DNA of 64,000 nt from Schizochytrium sp. TIO01 (lineage: Eukaryota; Protista; Bigyra: Labyrinthulomycetes): NCBI GenBank assembly GCA_004764695.1, contig SMSO01000035.1, positions 3,794,040 to 3,858,039 on the forward strand, in the 5' to 3' direction. Under the pieces are notes generated by a model. The model searched no databases. It saw only the letters and a program-made list of their open reading frames with translations, and was not told where the DNA came from. Made by a program: the position numbers and the translations under genes. This document shows positions 41,320-52,455 of the stretch, piece after piece (position 1 is the first letter of the stretch; each line of letters starts with the position of its first letter).

Positions 41320-43060
41320 TTATCTATGGTTAGTCAGTATGTTTCGAAGTTGCTCGCGTTCCGCTTTTGCAGACTTCTTGAAGTCAGCTGGGCTCCTTTC
41401 ACCAGCGCGTTTGGCTAAACCGAGGTCGGTGAACATGGGTTCTCCTGAGTCTTTGCGACGAAGAATACTGTGCTTGATCAAATCACCGTGTAAAACACCA
41501 TGGTCGTGGATTTTGGCTAGAGACTCGACAGCCGTCTCTACGAACTCGTCTCTGAGAGTTGCCTCACTTGAAACATCCTCACCTGAATATACGGTGCCAA
41601 GAACGTCGAAGAAACCCTCCCTGAACATACCAATATCGACAAATCCGGGATACATTTGCCCTGTAGCGAGGCAAGTTCCCTGTAAATTGAAGCTTCATGT
41701 TGAAGTTCCGAAACCTGCTTTTGTTGCTTAAACGTGTCCAAAATCTTCTACACAGTGTCCGCATTGCCTGACTTCAGGGGTATCTGAGCACGCACCATTC
41801 GACCCGTGTACACGGCTGGTAGAGGCACCTGATCTGGCAGATCAATGAATTACAATGGCTTTCCATCTACAGTCTGATCTTCGGCGAAGAAAGTGCCACG
41901 TGGTGGGCTATTTTATTTTCATGTCCTTCATGATCCACATTGCAAGCCTCCGGCAATTTTCCGTGACCTTGACAAGGACCGTCATGATGACCATCTGGGC
42001 ATGGTACAAGGACACCATTTATAACAATCGCCTTCGGATTCGGGCATTACACCTTCATAGGCAATCAGAATACTGAGCGCAACGAATTGCAGTACACTGA
42101 GCTGCCCCTGATCTATATCTCCCTTAGTGACTTCCTGAATAAGCTCAGTGATCAGCAAATTCCCTGAACAACATCTGAAAAACCCAAAGTTCTGCTTATA
42201 GTTCGTGTTGATGTCAACAAACAAACCGTTTCGTACCTTGTAATTGTACGTCTGGCGAATAATGGAGTCCCTCGTATGCCGCCGCGACTCACTCGCTTGA
42301 TCTTGACATCCTCGGTCACAGTAAATTTCAGCGAGATTGGCGAACGAAAAACTTGGGAGCTGGTATTCGCCAACAATCATTGGTTGATAGTCAGCACCTG
42401 CAAGGTGATCACGATAAAGCATACTGAAGTCTGCATTACCTACAACCCTTTGCAGAGGACTCTGAGCAATTAAGACTCTCATGGGACGCTCCAGGATCTT
42501 GCTCCTCCATCATGGCTGGTACTGCTGTCCACTAACAAGTAAAGCGAAGGGTACACAAACTGACGCCTCAGCTGCGAAAACACTATTTGCTACTGCTTCC
42601 GCAGTTTCCTCCACATTGGGCATTGTTTTTATGTTGCTGCGGCGTTCAATGTATTCTTTTGTCCTGCAGTAGCTTACAAATGAACTTATAGACAACTGAC
42701 ATACTGTCACAGGTGATGCAGGATAGTTCTCCAGAATTCTCTGGACGATTATTTTGGCCTCTGTCGAGTTGAATCAACCTTGGAGATTTCGTGCCAAGTG
42801 CCTCTGTAACAGCAGGAGCATGTATTCTTTCTGCCAGCTCGTTCTCCAGCTCTTCATTCCCTTTTAAAAGGCCGACCATGCCGACAAGGAGTCTTTCCCG
42901 ACGCCTTTGTTCGGTCTTTATTGGATCTATGATTTTTTTAAAGAGTGCTTCATCATCATAGATTTCGCGGTAGGTTTTCAGCGCCCTCTTGAATTGCTCC
43001 GTTTCTTCACCTTCTAGCTGTTGAAGACCCTGGTCAGCCTCTTCATCGACACATAATCAC
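41320..43060 (-). pseudogene. Degraded REase-fold + protein kinase gene (Crinkler/RHS-effector or fungal-type kinase architecture)
   Basis: Collinear fragments in shifting frames: VGNADF...PMIVGEYQLP and IIRQTYNY..N (REase-like), ELQHEASIYRELASLQGKCIP, LAKIHDHGVLHGDL...MFTDLGLA (kinase VIb/VII, degenerate). Confidence 0.75.
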
Positions 43061-44282
43061 CAACGCGCTCTAATTAACCGAGAATCTTTTCGTGACACTT
43101 GATTCTTAAAGTTGTCTTTCAATTCACGATTTTTTTTTCTCATAGGTTAACCTTTGAGCATGAAGCTCTTCCAGTAGAGCACGTGATTCATTTAGCTCGA
43201 CAGTTTCCTTCTCAATCTTCGCGTTATTTTCATTTGATGGTTTCCCGAGTATCCTTTAGAAAAGCCCCCAGGGGTTTCAATCGGCCACTGGGTTTGTTGG
43301 GGGATGTCATCACCCCTCGAATGGATTGTCGTAATCCATCCCTGAAGGCAGTTGCTACTCTACGCATTTTGGCCAGAGTGTTTCGGGTTTGCTGAGGGTT
43401 GGTGCGAAGCTAAACCTGCAAGGGTTCGGGATATTGTCATAATTATTACTAGAATTATTTCATAGATGAGTACTTAAGAATATAGCACTCGGGCTAATGT
43501 TTCGTAAACGAAAATAATTGGGACACTGCATGTGCAACTTATTAGCATTCGGACCCATATATCATTGACGAAAAAAGTTGAAGCGAGCGAAGGAAAGTAA
43601 ATCGTTTCGGTGGTTCGATCTTTCGCTTGTGTAGGTAGATATGATCAACTTCGAGATCAACGCAGGTGCTAATTAAGAGGTCGACTCAAAACCTAAGAAC
43701 ATTCTGAACTAATTCTCAGCTTCGTTAGTTTATAGTGGGTGACGAAGGGAATGCTAGACCCATACCATGGAGAAGAACACGGAAAAGTCGGAGCGTGGTT
43801 AGCAATATGGATAGTTTTAATAGATTACCTTTGATAAAACCTTCTATTCCAATTATTACTTACTATATGGTAATTATTTCGTTTCTTTGTGGTTCTTTGC
43901 CCCTTTTGTACTAAAACAGCGATTTCTATATTGCTCGAGAAGGGGTGTGTACTTTGGGTTAACTGTGAACGCGCAGGGTCCGTTCCGGGTCACAATCGAC
44001 CAGAAAGCATATCTGTTGATATGTTGCGTCAGTTCAACGTCCGGATGCAGTACGAGGACTAAGGTTCAGGTTGCTTGCTCGATACAGAAATCATATTGTT
44101 GAGTGAACGAGAAGGAGGGATCCATGCGCTGAAAAGGCTATACTTTATTTGACCGGACTACGTTGGGTGTAGTAAAGAGGTTGACAATTCGGTTCGTCTC
44201 CCAGTCATCAGCAGAAGGAATCACCCCCCCTCTTGTTTAAAGGCGTCCTAGCTTGTAGGCGTGTATAAAAATCCTAAACGTG

Positions 44283-46376
44283 ATGATGCATGAGGAAGAG
44301 ATCAGGGAACTCAAGTTCCACGCTCCCCATTTGAAGTTGCGTGAATTGGTTTCAGGTGATGAAGACACGAAACTTAACGCGTTGAAGAAAGCACCACGAA
44401 AAAATCCCCTTTGTGATGGTCGTTATGATTCCGTGCAAACTGAGCGTCTAGAAAAGCTCAAGCTTGTGGGTCTCGATCGATGTGAACCTTCGGACAAATG
44501 GAGAGACCTGATGTTACGAAAACCTCGACGAGTGCCTCGTTATTTGAGGGAAGATTTCCCCAAGGTCTCCATGGCTGGTTCTGCAAACATGGACGGTATT
44601 ACTTTGAAATCTGCTCGAAGGAAGAGGCGCCGGGCTCGTCGCAAAGCGAAACAACGCAAGGCCACTGTCTGCATTGCAGCTCCAAAGATTCCTCCACCAC
44701 CTGAGTTGAGCAAACTCTTACATGAAAGGCTCAAAGGGAGAACCTGTCGAACTCAAGCTGTGAGCACAGAAATGAGCTCAGGCCTGGAAAGTTTATTGTA
44801 TGCCCCAGCTCCACCTCGGATACCCAAGCCTCGAGATCTTGGTCCCAGAGGTGGAGGAGCATGCCTTCTTCGAGCACCCGGATCAGCGGTTCTTCGGATC
44901 AATGATAAATTAATGAACCTCCAACCAGCTAAAGCAGCAGCTGCATTTCTCGATACTGTAGAAGAACGTGAAGCTAGTCAACAGGACAAAATGCACAGGG
45001 AAAGAACAGAGCTTCGTGAGAAAGGGCAAGATTATGTATTCTCTAATGTGAAAACTTTACAAAAATCTGCTGATGAGCACAGGCTGGAGGACGAAGAACG
45101 GCGGCGCAATCTTATGGCCGAGTTACAAGCTTCGTTAGAGAAAGCTCGTCAACGAAAATCAGAGCTCGATGCGGAAAGGGCCGCTAAAATACAGCTACTT
45201 ATTATCAAACATAAAAGTGAAGCCGAGCGGCAAGCGATGCGCACCCAAAAACAGCGCGAGGCTCATGCGTACCTTGTTGCTATAGTAAATGCTTTGTGTG
45301 GATCAAAGCTAAAGTCTGTAGCTCAAAGTCTAGGTACGCGTCGTCGTCTGCGAGAGGCCACTGTTCGAATCCAGCGAAACATCAGAATGTGGCGTGCAAT
45401 GCGGCAAGTGCAAGTCTATCGTGAGGCAAAAGAACGCATCGTTCGATTTTTTCGTTCGGTCGTCTTTTGGCGCAAAAAGCGCCGGCAGCGGTGGTATGCT
45501 CAAAGTATCTTGCAATTTTTAGTAGACAATCGCGTCAATTTTGGGCAAATTATTCGGGACTATCGATACCGAGTCATAAAGTGTCAAAGATTTGCGCGCA
45601 TGTTTCTCTCGTGTACACAAGCGCGCGTTGCAGCCTTGACACGCATCTGGGTGCACCAAGAACGCCGACTAGTCGCCAAAGCGCGCGCATTACACTTGAA
45701 AACGCTAGAGAAACACACAAACCGGCTCGAAGAAGAAGCACATGCATTGCAAAAAACAGCTTTTCATGAACAAATGTCTGCTAAGTGGATGCGGCAAATT
45801 ACACTTCCTGAACAGGTTTGCGCAAGAGGGGATACTGAAACAAAAGATGGGACTGTGCGATTTCCTGTGGGAATGCATCTCAAAGTACGTCAAGAAAACT
45901 CCCCATCTGCCCGCGTGGAAGCACAGTATAAAGCCCAGATTTCTAAGAACGTCAATTTCATCATGGATTTCTTCCTGAACGAGGAATTCCAATCCAGGCT
46001 CGCTCGGGAGAGGGCACAACCATTGAGTTTCCCCCCAGTTTCACGCGAGATTCGCTATGAAATACTTCGGGATGTTGTTTCACATGCACGATCTGCGCAC
46101 CAACTTCGTATGGCTAAGCTCAAGCGTGAACGGAAAGTCCTGGAAACTCAGAAGGTGAAAGTCGATATTTCTGAAGCTCAAAAGCTGCTCAGTGAACAGA
46201 CGAACATTGTTACGGTGACTAAGACCTTGTTTTCAGACCTTGGACGTCAACAAATTGTATTATTATTCTCAACAATTGACCATCGTGATATTTTTAGACT
46301 TGTACAGAAAGCACAAGTTCAACTTGTGCAGACAAATTCGATGAAACAGCTTCTCTTTCAAGTACGCTATGACTAG
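44283..46376 (+). CDS. Coiled-coil protein with IQ-like calmodulin-binding motifs
   Basis: 697-aa intact ORF; ATVRIQRNIRMWRAMR and VIKCQRFARMFL; long E/R/K coiled coils. Confidence 0.75.
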   Translation: MMHEEEIRELKFHAPHLKLRELVSGDEDTKLNALKKAPRKNPLCDGRYDSVQTERLEKLKLVGLDRCEPSDKWRDLMLRKPRRVPRYLREDFPKVSMAGSANMDGITLKSARRKRRRARRKAKQRKATVCIAAPKIPPPPELSKLLHERLKGRTCRTQAVSTEMSSGLESLLYAPAPPRIPKPRDLGPRGGGACLLRAPGSAVLRINDKLMNLQPAKAAAAFLDTVEEREASQQDKMHRERTELREKGQDYVFSNVKTLQKSADEHRLEDEERRRNLMAELQASLEKARQRKSELDAERAAKIQLLIIKHKSEAERQAMRTQKQREAHAYLVAIVNALCGSKLKSVAQSLGTRRRLREATVRIQRNIRMWRAMRQVQVYREAKERIVRFFRSVVFWRKKRRQRWYAQSILQFLVDNRVNFGQIIRDYRYRVIKCQRFARMFLSCTQARVAALTRIWVHQERRLVAKARALHLKTLEKHTNRLEEEAHALQKTAFHEQMSAKWMRQITLPEQVCARGDTETKDGTVRFPVGMHLKVRQENSPSARVEAQYKAQISKNVNFIMDFFLNEEFQSRLARERAQPLSFPPVSREIRYEILRDVVSHARSAHQLRMAKLKRERKVLETQKVKVDISEAQKLLSEQTNIVTVTKTLFSDLGRQQIVLLFSTIDHRDIFRLVQKAQVQLVQTNSMKQLLFQVRYD

Positions 46377-47371
46377 CAGCCAGCACGATATATCTATGGT
46401 GCTTCTAATTTATTGAGGGATACCAGAAACTGCTTTCATATGAACGGAGGAGCTTTGGTCATACTGCATACCTTCTTGAGACGATTTTAAAACTAGGCAT
46501 AGTATTGCTCACTCTGTACGAAGCAAACATGTAGAATCTCATTTCATATTAGTCAAATTGGCAATGAAAGATTCACCTGCTTACCTGAAAATATCACATT
46601 TAAAAGAATAAACTGACATTTCTTTGTTTTTGTATAATTTTTGTTGGCTTGTGATACTTGTCAGGTCAGAATGATCAGTTAGTATTTTCAAGCCAGGAAT
46701 TTGAATGAAACGCCAAGTAGCTATATTATACCCAGGGGACTCTCACTTATGAATTAAGTCTGAGAGTAGAGTAAAACAACAACATAGAATTCAAAAGAAA
46801 GAAAGCAGATGCAAAAAAGTCAGAAATCATTATTAAGGGCAATTTAGTCTGCACATCACGGTCGATAATTTTAATAGACTACAGAAATATTTCGAAAGTG
46901 ATGTTCAGAATCTAGCTCGGGCAAAGCTGCATAGTGGTGAAGCAAAGATTCAATTGCACGCGACTGCGCAAATCTTATAATGAGTTTTTCTTTGGAAAAG
47001 GTCAAGTGTAAATGACAGTGGAGTAAGATTGCTAATGAACCAGGCGTAGACCCAAAGATTTGGTAAATCACAGGAGAAAACTTGGCTAACCGGCTGTCCT
47101 CGGTAATTCCTCCTGGGGGATACTTTTACTCATTTTGAGGAGCAGAGAGTGTGTCAATCCTGATAACAGCAGGAAGTTCCGCGTGCGCCTTCGATATTTA
47201 GAGTAATAGACAATGGTTCTTTTGTGTGTAAATTTGTAGTGGTAGTATACGTAGAAACAGTGAGAGACAATAGGCGGACAACTGCACAGCCTACTGTTGA
47301 TCTAAGTGCCGGATTAGGGTGGGTAACAATTGGTGACAAATGGGAGAATTTCTTAACCGTCGCGTACATGC

Positions 47372-48862
47372 TTACAAAGACGGTGTGACACTTCCAGTGC
47401 TGCGACGATTGCGGCGCCCCCCAAATGAACGTGCAGGCGGCTCTGTGGATGCTGTGGATGCTGAAGATGTGGAAGAGGTGGAAACTGCGGAAGCAGACGC
47501 AGGGAGCATACCAGCGTGAACCAGGTTATCATGAGGCATAATAGAGCGCGAGGAGCGGGACACTGGGTCAGGGCCACGAATATGACGACCACTTGCATAC
47601 ATTTCGGCCTCAGTTTGAGGGGGGAGGTCGTCAATAAAGTCTGAGTTAACGTCAAAGTTGTCCTTGCCGAGCGCTTCGTCAAGGTCAGCACGTCCAGGAA
47701 CGTGTTTGTCGTAACCAAAGATGCGAAAATCCTCCTTGTACATTTCGTACACAAGTCTTACCGTACGACGGTTGTAATAGTCTTGCCAGGGCTTGGAGCG
47801 CTTGCGACGATTTGAGTGAGGCATATCCTTGAGAGCCTGAAGAACACGCGGTGGGATAGTGGAGATCCGGTCATTGCGAAAACATTCGTTGAGTGCGCCG
47901 TTTGTAATGTCGCGGAGACTTTCTTGTTTGACGACACAACCAATAATTTGCTTCTGCTTTTCGTGTGTGAACTCAAACATGGGAAGCACGTGACAGTAGA
48001 CATTCCATTCTTCAGTGTCCCCAGTTTCCTTGTAAAGTTTCCACTTCTTGAACCAGCACTCTACAAAGTGCTCAAAGGATTCGAGCGGGCCAAAACGGTT
48101 GTACATGTAAATGGAAACCATGCGTGAATAAGGGTTGCGAATCACGGAAAAGGATTCAAGAGTGGCGAGCTCGTTACGCTGGACAAAGCCATATTTGATA
48201 CATTTGGCAAGCGTGAAGTGGACAACGTATCCCTTCCGGCTAACACCTGTAAGCCACTTTTCTGCCTCAGTAAGGTTACAAAGGAGCTGTCCAACGATGA
48301 TAGCATATGCACGGCGAACAATATCCGTGCGCCCTGAAAATGGTGCTGTAAAGAGGAAAGTGGAGCTCAGAAATGTCAGGCACGCGCATGCGTACATAAC
48401 AATGGTGAGTAGACTCGGTGGACAGGAAAATCCGTTGATACCAGGTTCATTGACGCAAAGAGCAGAAATAGATTTAATCCAGCCTGAGTACCAGAGCGCT
48501 GTGCTGATGCCAAGACTGACACACACGAGCAAGTTCTCTATTGTGAAGAAAGGAAAGTTGGCCTTTTCAAGGAGACCGTAACGATAAAAGAAGTACTTCA
48601 TGCCAAACTTGTGATAAAAGCCACGATGTGCGGCAGCCTTGTATGGCACTTTGTACAATTTTGTGAGACTTGTACCACCGCATCGGGGAACATGAATAAA
48701 CAGTAAATCACGGTCGTCTTCAAGTTCAATAGCCGCCTCGAGATCTGGCCCATGATGAACAGCTGCCACCGCGTCAGGTTCACGATCCTTTGTGCTCAAC
48801 TCTTGTGCTGAGATTTCGCCATCGGCTAATCTGCGAGCCAGAGATTTGATAAGCCAGGGCAT
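47372..48862 (-). CDS. Sulfotransferase family 2 (carbohydrate sulfotransferase-like) with internal TM segments
   Basis: 5'-PSB FIHVPRCGGTS, 3'-PB FSVIRNPYSRMVSIY, HSN..YY..LVYEMYKEDFRIFGY; first ATG at 48862, frame open to 48913. Confidence 0.85.
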   Translation of the reverse strand: MPWLIKSLARRLADGEISAQELSTKDREPDAVAAVHHGPDLEAAIELEDDRDLLFIHVPRCGGTSLTKLYKVPYKAAAHRGFYHKFGMKYFFYRYGLLEKANFPFFTIENLLVCVSLGISTALWYSGWIKSISALCVNEPGINGFSCPPSLLTIVMYACACLTFLSSTFLFTAPFSGRTDIVRRAYAIIVGQLLCNLTEAEKWLTGVSRKGYVVHFTLAKCIKYGFVQRNELATLESFSVIRNPYSRMVSIYMYNRFGPLESFEHFVECWFKKWKLYKETGDTEEWNVYCHVLPMFEFTHEKQKQIIGCVVKQESLRDITNGALNECFRNDRISTIPPRVLQALKDMPHSNRRKRSKPWQDYYNRRTVRLVYEMYKEDFRIFGYDKHVPGRADLDEALGKDNFDVNSDFIDDLPPQTEAEMYASGRHIRGPDPVSRSSRSIMPHDNLVHAGMLPASASAVSTSSTSSASTASTEPPARSFGGRRNRRSTGSVTPSL

Positions 48863-49562
48863 CTTGAACAGATTCTGTGTATTGTTGTTTGCGAAACCCG
48901 GCAACAAGAGCAATTCTCAGCGCAGGCGGTAAAAGGAGGAGATACTTTTGTTCAACACTAGCAGGACAGGGAAAGGCTCTGCCTCACTTGACTTCTTCGT
49001 AGCGAGTGGTTTCGTACCGCTTGCTGATTGATTCCTGTGGCTCGCAAATTCGGCTCACCAGCTCACTCCACTTTCTCTGCTTCTCTTATTTAAGCAGGCA
49101 GGGAAATACAATAAACAGGAGTCGTCCTGACGAACTAGAAGCTTTCTCAAATCTGCTCCCGACGTCCCGACGATTGGCCTGTCAGCTGTCCTTCGCACCG
49201 TACCAGCAGGTGCCTCGAAGAAGATGCGCGCAGCCCGAGTTGGGTTTCTGCCTTTTGCAAGACGCGAATAGTAACCCCAAAGAAAGGAAGGAAGAAAGAA
49301 GACAGAAACAGAGAAATAAAGGAGCACCAGAGCACGTGCAATCTCACTCCGGTCAGCCAGTCCAGCTAAGACGTCGCAGCCAGAGTTGCAGACCAACCAA
49401 GCAAGTGCAGCGCCGTCCAGCGCAGTCTACAGCCAGCAACCTGTCTAGAGTAGCCGCAGACCTCCTGGCTTCTCGTCGCTCGCTTAGTGGACGAATCGAT
49501 CGTCCAATCGGAGTTTGGTTGTTTTGCTTTTGCTACCTCGGCGCACCGTGCACCAGCGACTA

Positions 49563-49564
49563 AA

Positions 49565-49604
<40 letters not shown>

Positions 49605-49819
49605 AAAAAAAAAAAAAAAAAAAGAGGTTAAAGAAGCAGAATAACAGAGTGGACAAGTAAAGAAACAATACGCCAGCAAAGAAGAAAGAAAGGAGACACG
49701 GTCGCTCAAGTGCCTCTCCACTGCCTGGCCTCCTTCCCAACTGCAAAGATCGATCACGGTTTGCTTTATGGGTTTCTGGGTGGCGTCGTTTGTTAGTGTG
49801 TTTGTTGGTTTGTGACAAC

Positions 49820-49850
<31 letters not shown>

Positions 49851-50265
49851 AATATTACAAGTTTGACTGTTTCAGAATGAAAGAAACAAAGAAAAAGAAA
49901 TAAAGAAAAAGAAACAATACGAAGAAGAAGAAGAAGAAGAAGAAGAAGAAGAAGAGAATTCCTCTGCAGAGATGGAGGTTCAAGTGAGTGAGTGAGTGAG
50001 TGATTCGTTTCGTTACTTGCGTTGCTATAATCCCTTCTTACTCTTTCCATCTTTTTCTAAATCTAAGCTCTTTTTACTTGTGATTTATATTTCGCTCCAG
50101 AGCAAAAGGCATTTATACCATTTGACCCAACAAGCAGGGAAGAAAAGAAAAAGAAAATACTGATTGAGAATTCATTGAAGGGGTGTTCTCTCACGTACGG
50201 TCGTACTTCCTTCCTTTCCATCAAAATCAATCAATCAATTAATCAATCAATCAATCAATCAATCA
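49563..50265. repeat. Cluster of simple repeats: (GAAA)n plus poly-A, poly-T, (GAA)n, (GTGA)n, (TCAA)n
   Basis: Seen at 49563-49623, 49819-49843, 49921-49953, 49984-50003 and 50226-50265. Confidence 0.9.
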
Positions 50266-52145
50266 AAACCTGAAGACGGTAACATGACATGGCATCATGC
50301 CATGTCCTCTCCCCCTTCCCTCCGAGCCTTGCCCAAGTCGTTTTTGGAGAAGATCCTTCTTGAAAGGAAAGAAGAAGAAGAAAGAAGTCAGTGCTTTCAG
50401 AATTACACAACTTTGTGCAGACTACTCCAATGAGTTATAGGTAACCATAAGAAACGAAGAGCTTCCACATTTTTAACCTTAAAAGAAAAGAAACGCGACA
50501 TCAGCATTGAAGCAGAGCAGTTCTGGTTGAAGAAGGGGAAACACGAAAACTCTGTCGGCGCTGTCTCTATCTATTACAATGACCTGAGTAGTTCCTGCCT
50601 TCCGTCTGCACAGATATTGACTTCCTTTTCTTCTTCTTCTTCAAAGCGCTTCACGTTGATCTTCCTCGTTTTGAGTTAATTTTATTTTTATTTTTAATTC
50701 ACATTCTGGTTTTCTATTTGAAGTTTGGAAAAAAGTTTCTCAGTCTGTTTCCCCCCACAAGTTGTTCCAAATGAGCCTTTTAAATGTTTATTGCTAAGAA
50801 AAACCAGAAAACCCAATTCAGTTTTAAAGCTTTAAAACTTTTGCTTTGTTTTTATCAGGAAAACTACTACGGTACAAATAAAACTTTTGCCAATTGCAGT
50901 ATTCCATTCGATGACTACCTATGCAATCGAGTTCAACTTCGATCTGAAGCTCCGCAGGAATCCTCAATACCGTAAGTACTCCTTGTTATTATAGACATTA
51001 CCAATCTTTTCACGCAAGAAATCTTCGTCGCGCCAATGCAATAGTGTTTTGTGATGACCAAACCATATATTTATTTATAGTCTTTGCTTTGTGTCCAATG
51101 CAGCTCACACACACGAAAGCGGAACGCCGAAGTACGATTTCTCACTTCAATCATTGCTCCATTCGTTTCCAACAATCGCAACAATCGATGCAACAAATGC
51201 AACAAATGCATTGAATGCAACCAAATGATGCATGAATGCAATCAATTCAATGATGCATGAATGCAACAATTCCAACAATTGCAACAAATGAAAGAAGGGA
51301 CCACTACTGTAGAAAGCGAGTCTCATTTCTGGCCATGTTCCACTCTCATTTATGATCGTAACTCTTCACATGAGGTCCTGCGACAAATCTAAACAACCAA
51401 TGCACATCATAAACTCGTATACGATACGCAGCGATTTCTGAAGAAACCTGGAGGTGATTCTGCGGAAACTGACGAGTCTTGGTGCAGGTTTTAAGCGAAG
51501 GCTGCCGCTGATGACCTTGAACTCCAGAGAATCAGTTCCAGAGCCGCGACGGGGGTTTTGGCCCGCGAGGTTGACTTGATTCAAGGTTAATGACAGGTAC
51601 AGGAATGCTCAAAGCCTCTGATGTTTGGTTAGTTTTTTCTTTACACAGGCGCGCATTGTTCACAGAAAGCCGCTGTTCGGTCTTTCTTTATCTCTGCCTT
51701 TCCTTCTTTGAGAGTTTCTTTCTTTGCTTTCTATGGAAGTTTGGTTCTTTGAGAGTTTCTTTTCCTGTACTTCCTCTTAGCCGCGCATAGGCAGGTGCTA
51801 GGTGGCGCCAAGTGATAGTTTATAATATTTGATCGACTCATTTGCTTTTAAAAGTCAAAGTTTAGACACAATAAAAGTAGTGAGGTGTAGGAAACAAACA
51901 ATGGAAGAAGGCTTCAATGACAGCATTGCTTTTCGATGTCGAAGCAATCAAAGCCTGGTTTTCGAGGTCTCACCTCCGGCATGGTGCCGCCCCTCCCACC
52001 TCTCTCGCGCCGTGCCACGCCACCACGCCAGCCCAGCTAGTTTGGTGCGTACGCTCTGACTTCGATGTCAAGAGCCTTCCTTTTTGGATCATTTGTTATT
52101 GTTGATTGCACTTGCTCACATTTCACATGTGTCAAATAAAATAAA

Positions 52146-52455
52146 TGCATTGTATTGCAATACAATGTATTGCATTGCATTGCATTGTATTGCATTGCAT
52201 TGTATTGTATTGCATTGCATTGCATTGTATCGTATTCTATTGTATTGCATTGTATTAGATTGCATTGTATTGTATTGTATTGTATTGTATTAGATTGCAT
52301 TGTATTGTAGGTGCACTCTATGGCAATATTACATTGGATCATCGCATTGCAATGCATTGCAATTGCACTCGATCGCAATATTACATTGCATTGTCGCATT
52401 GCAATGCAATGTTGGATTGAATTGACTTGCTCTGCACCGCATTGCAATGAACTGC
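52146..52455. repeat. (TGYAT)n pentamer satellite, degenerating rightwards
   Basis: TGCAT/TGTAT tandem units, near-perfect at 52146-52310. Confidence 0.9.
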
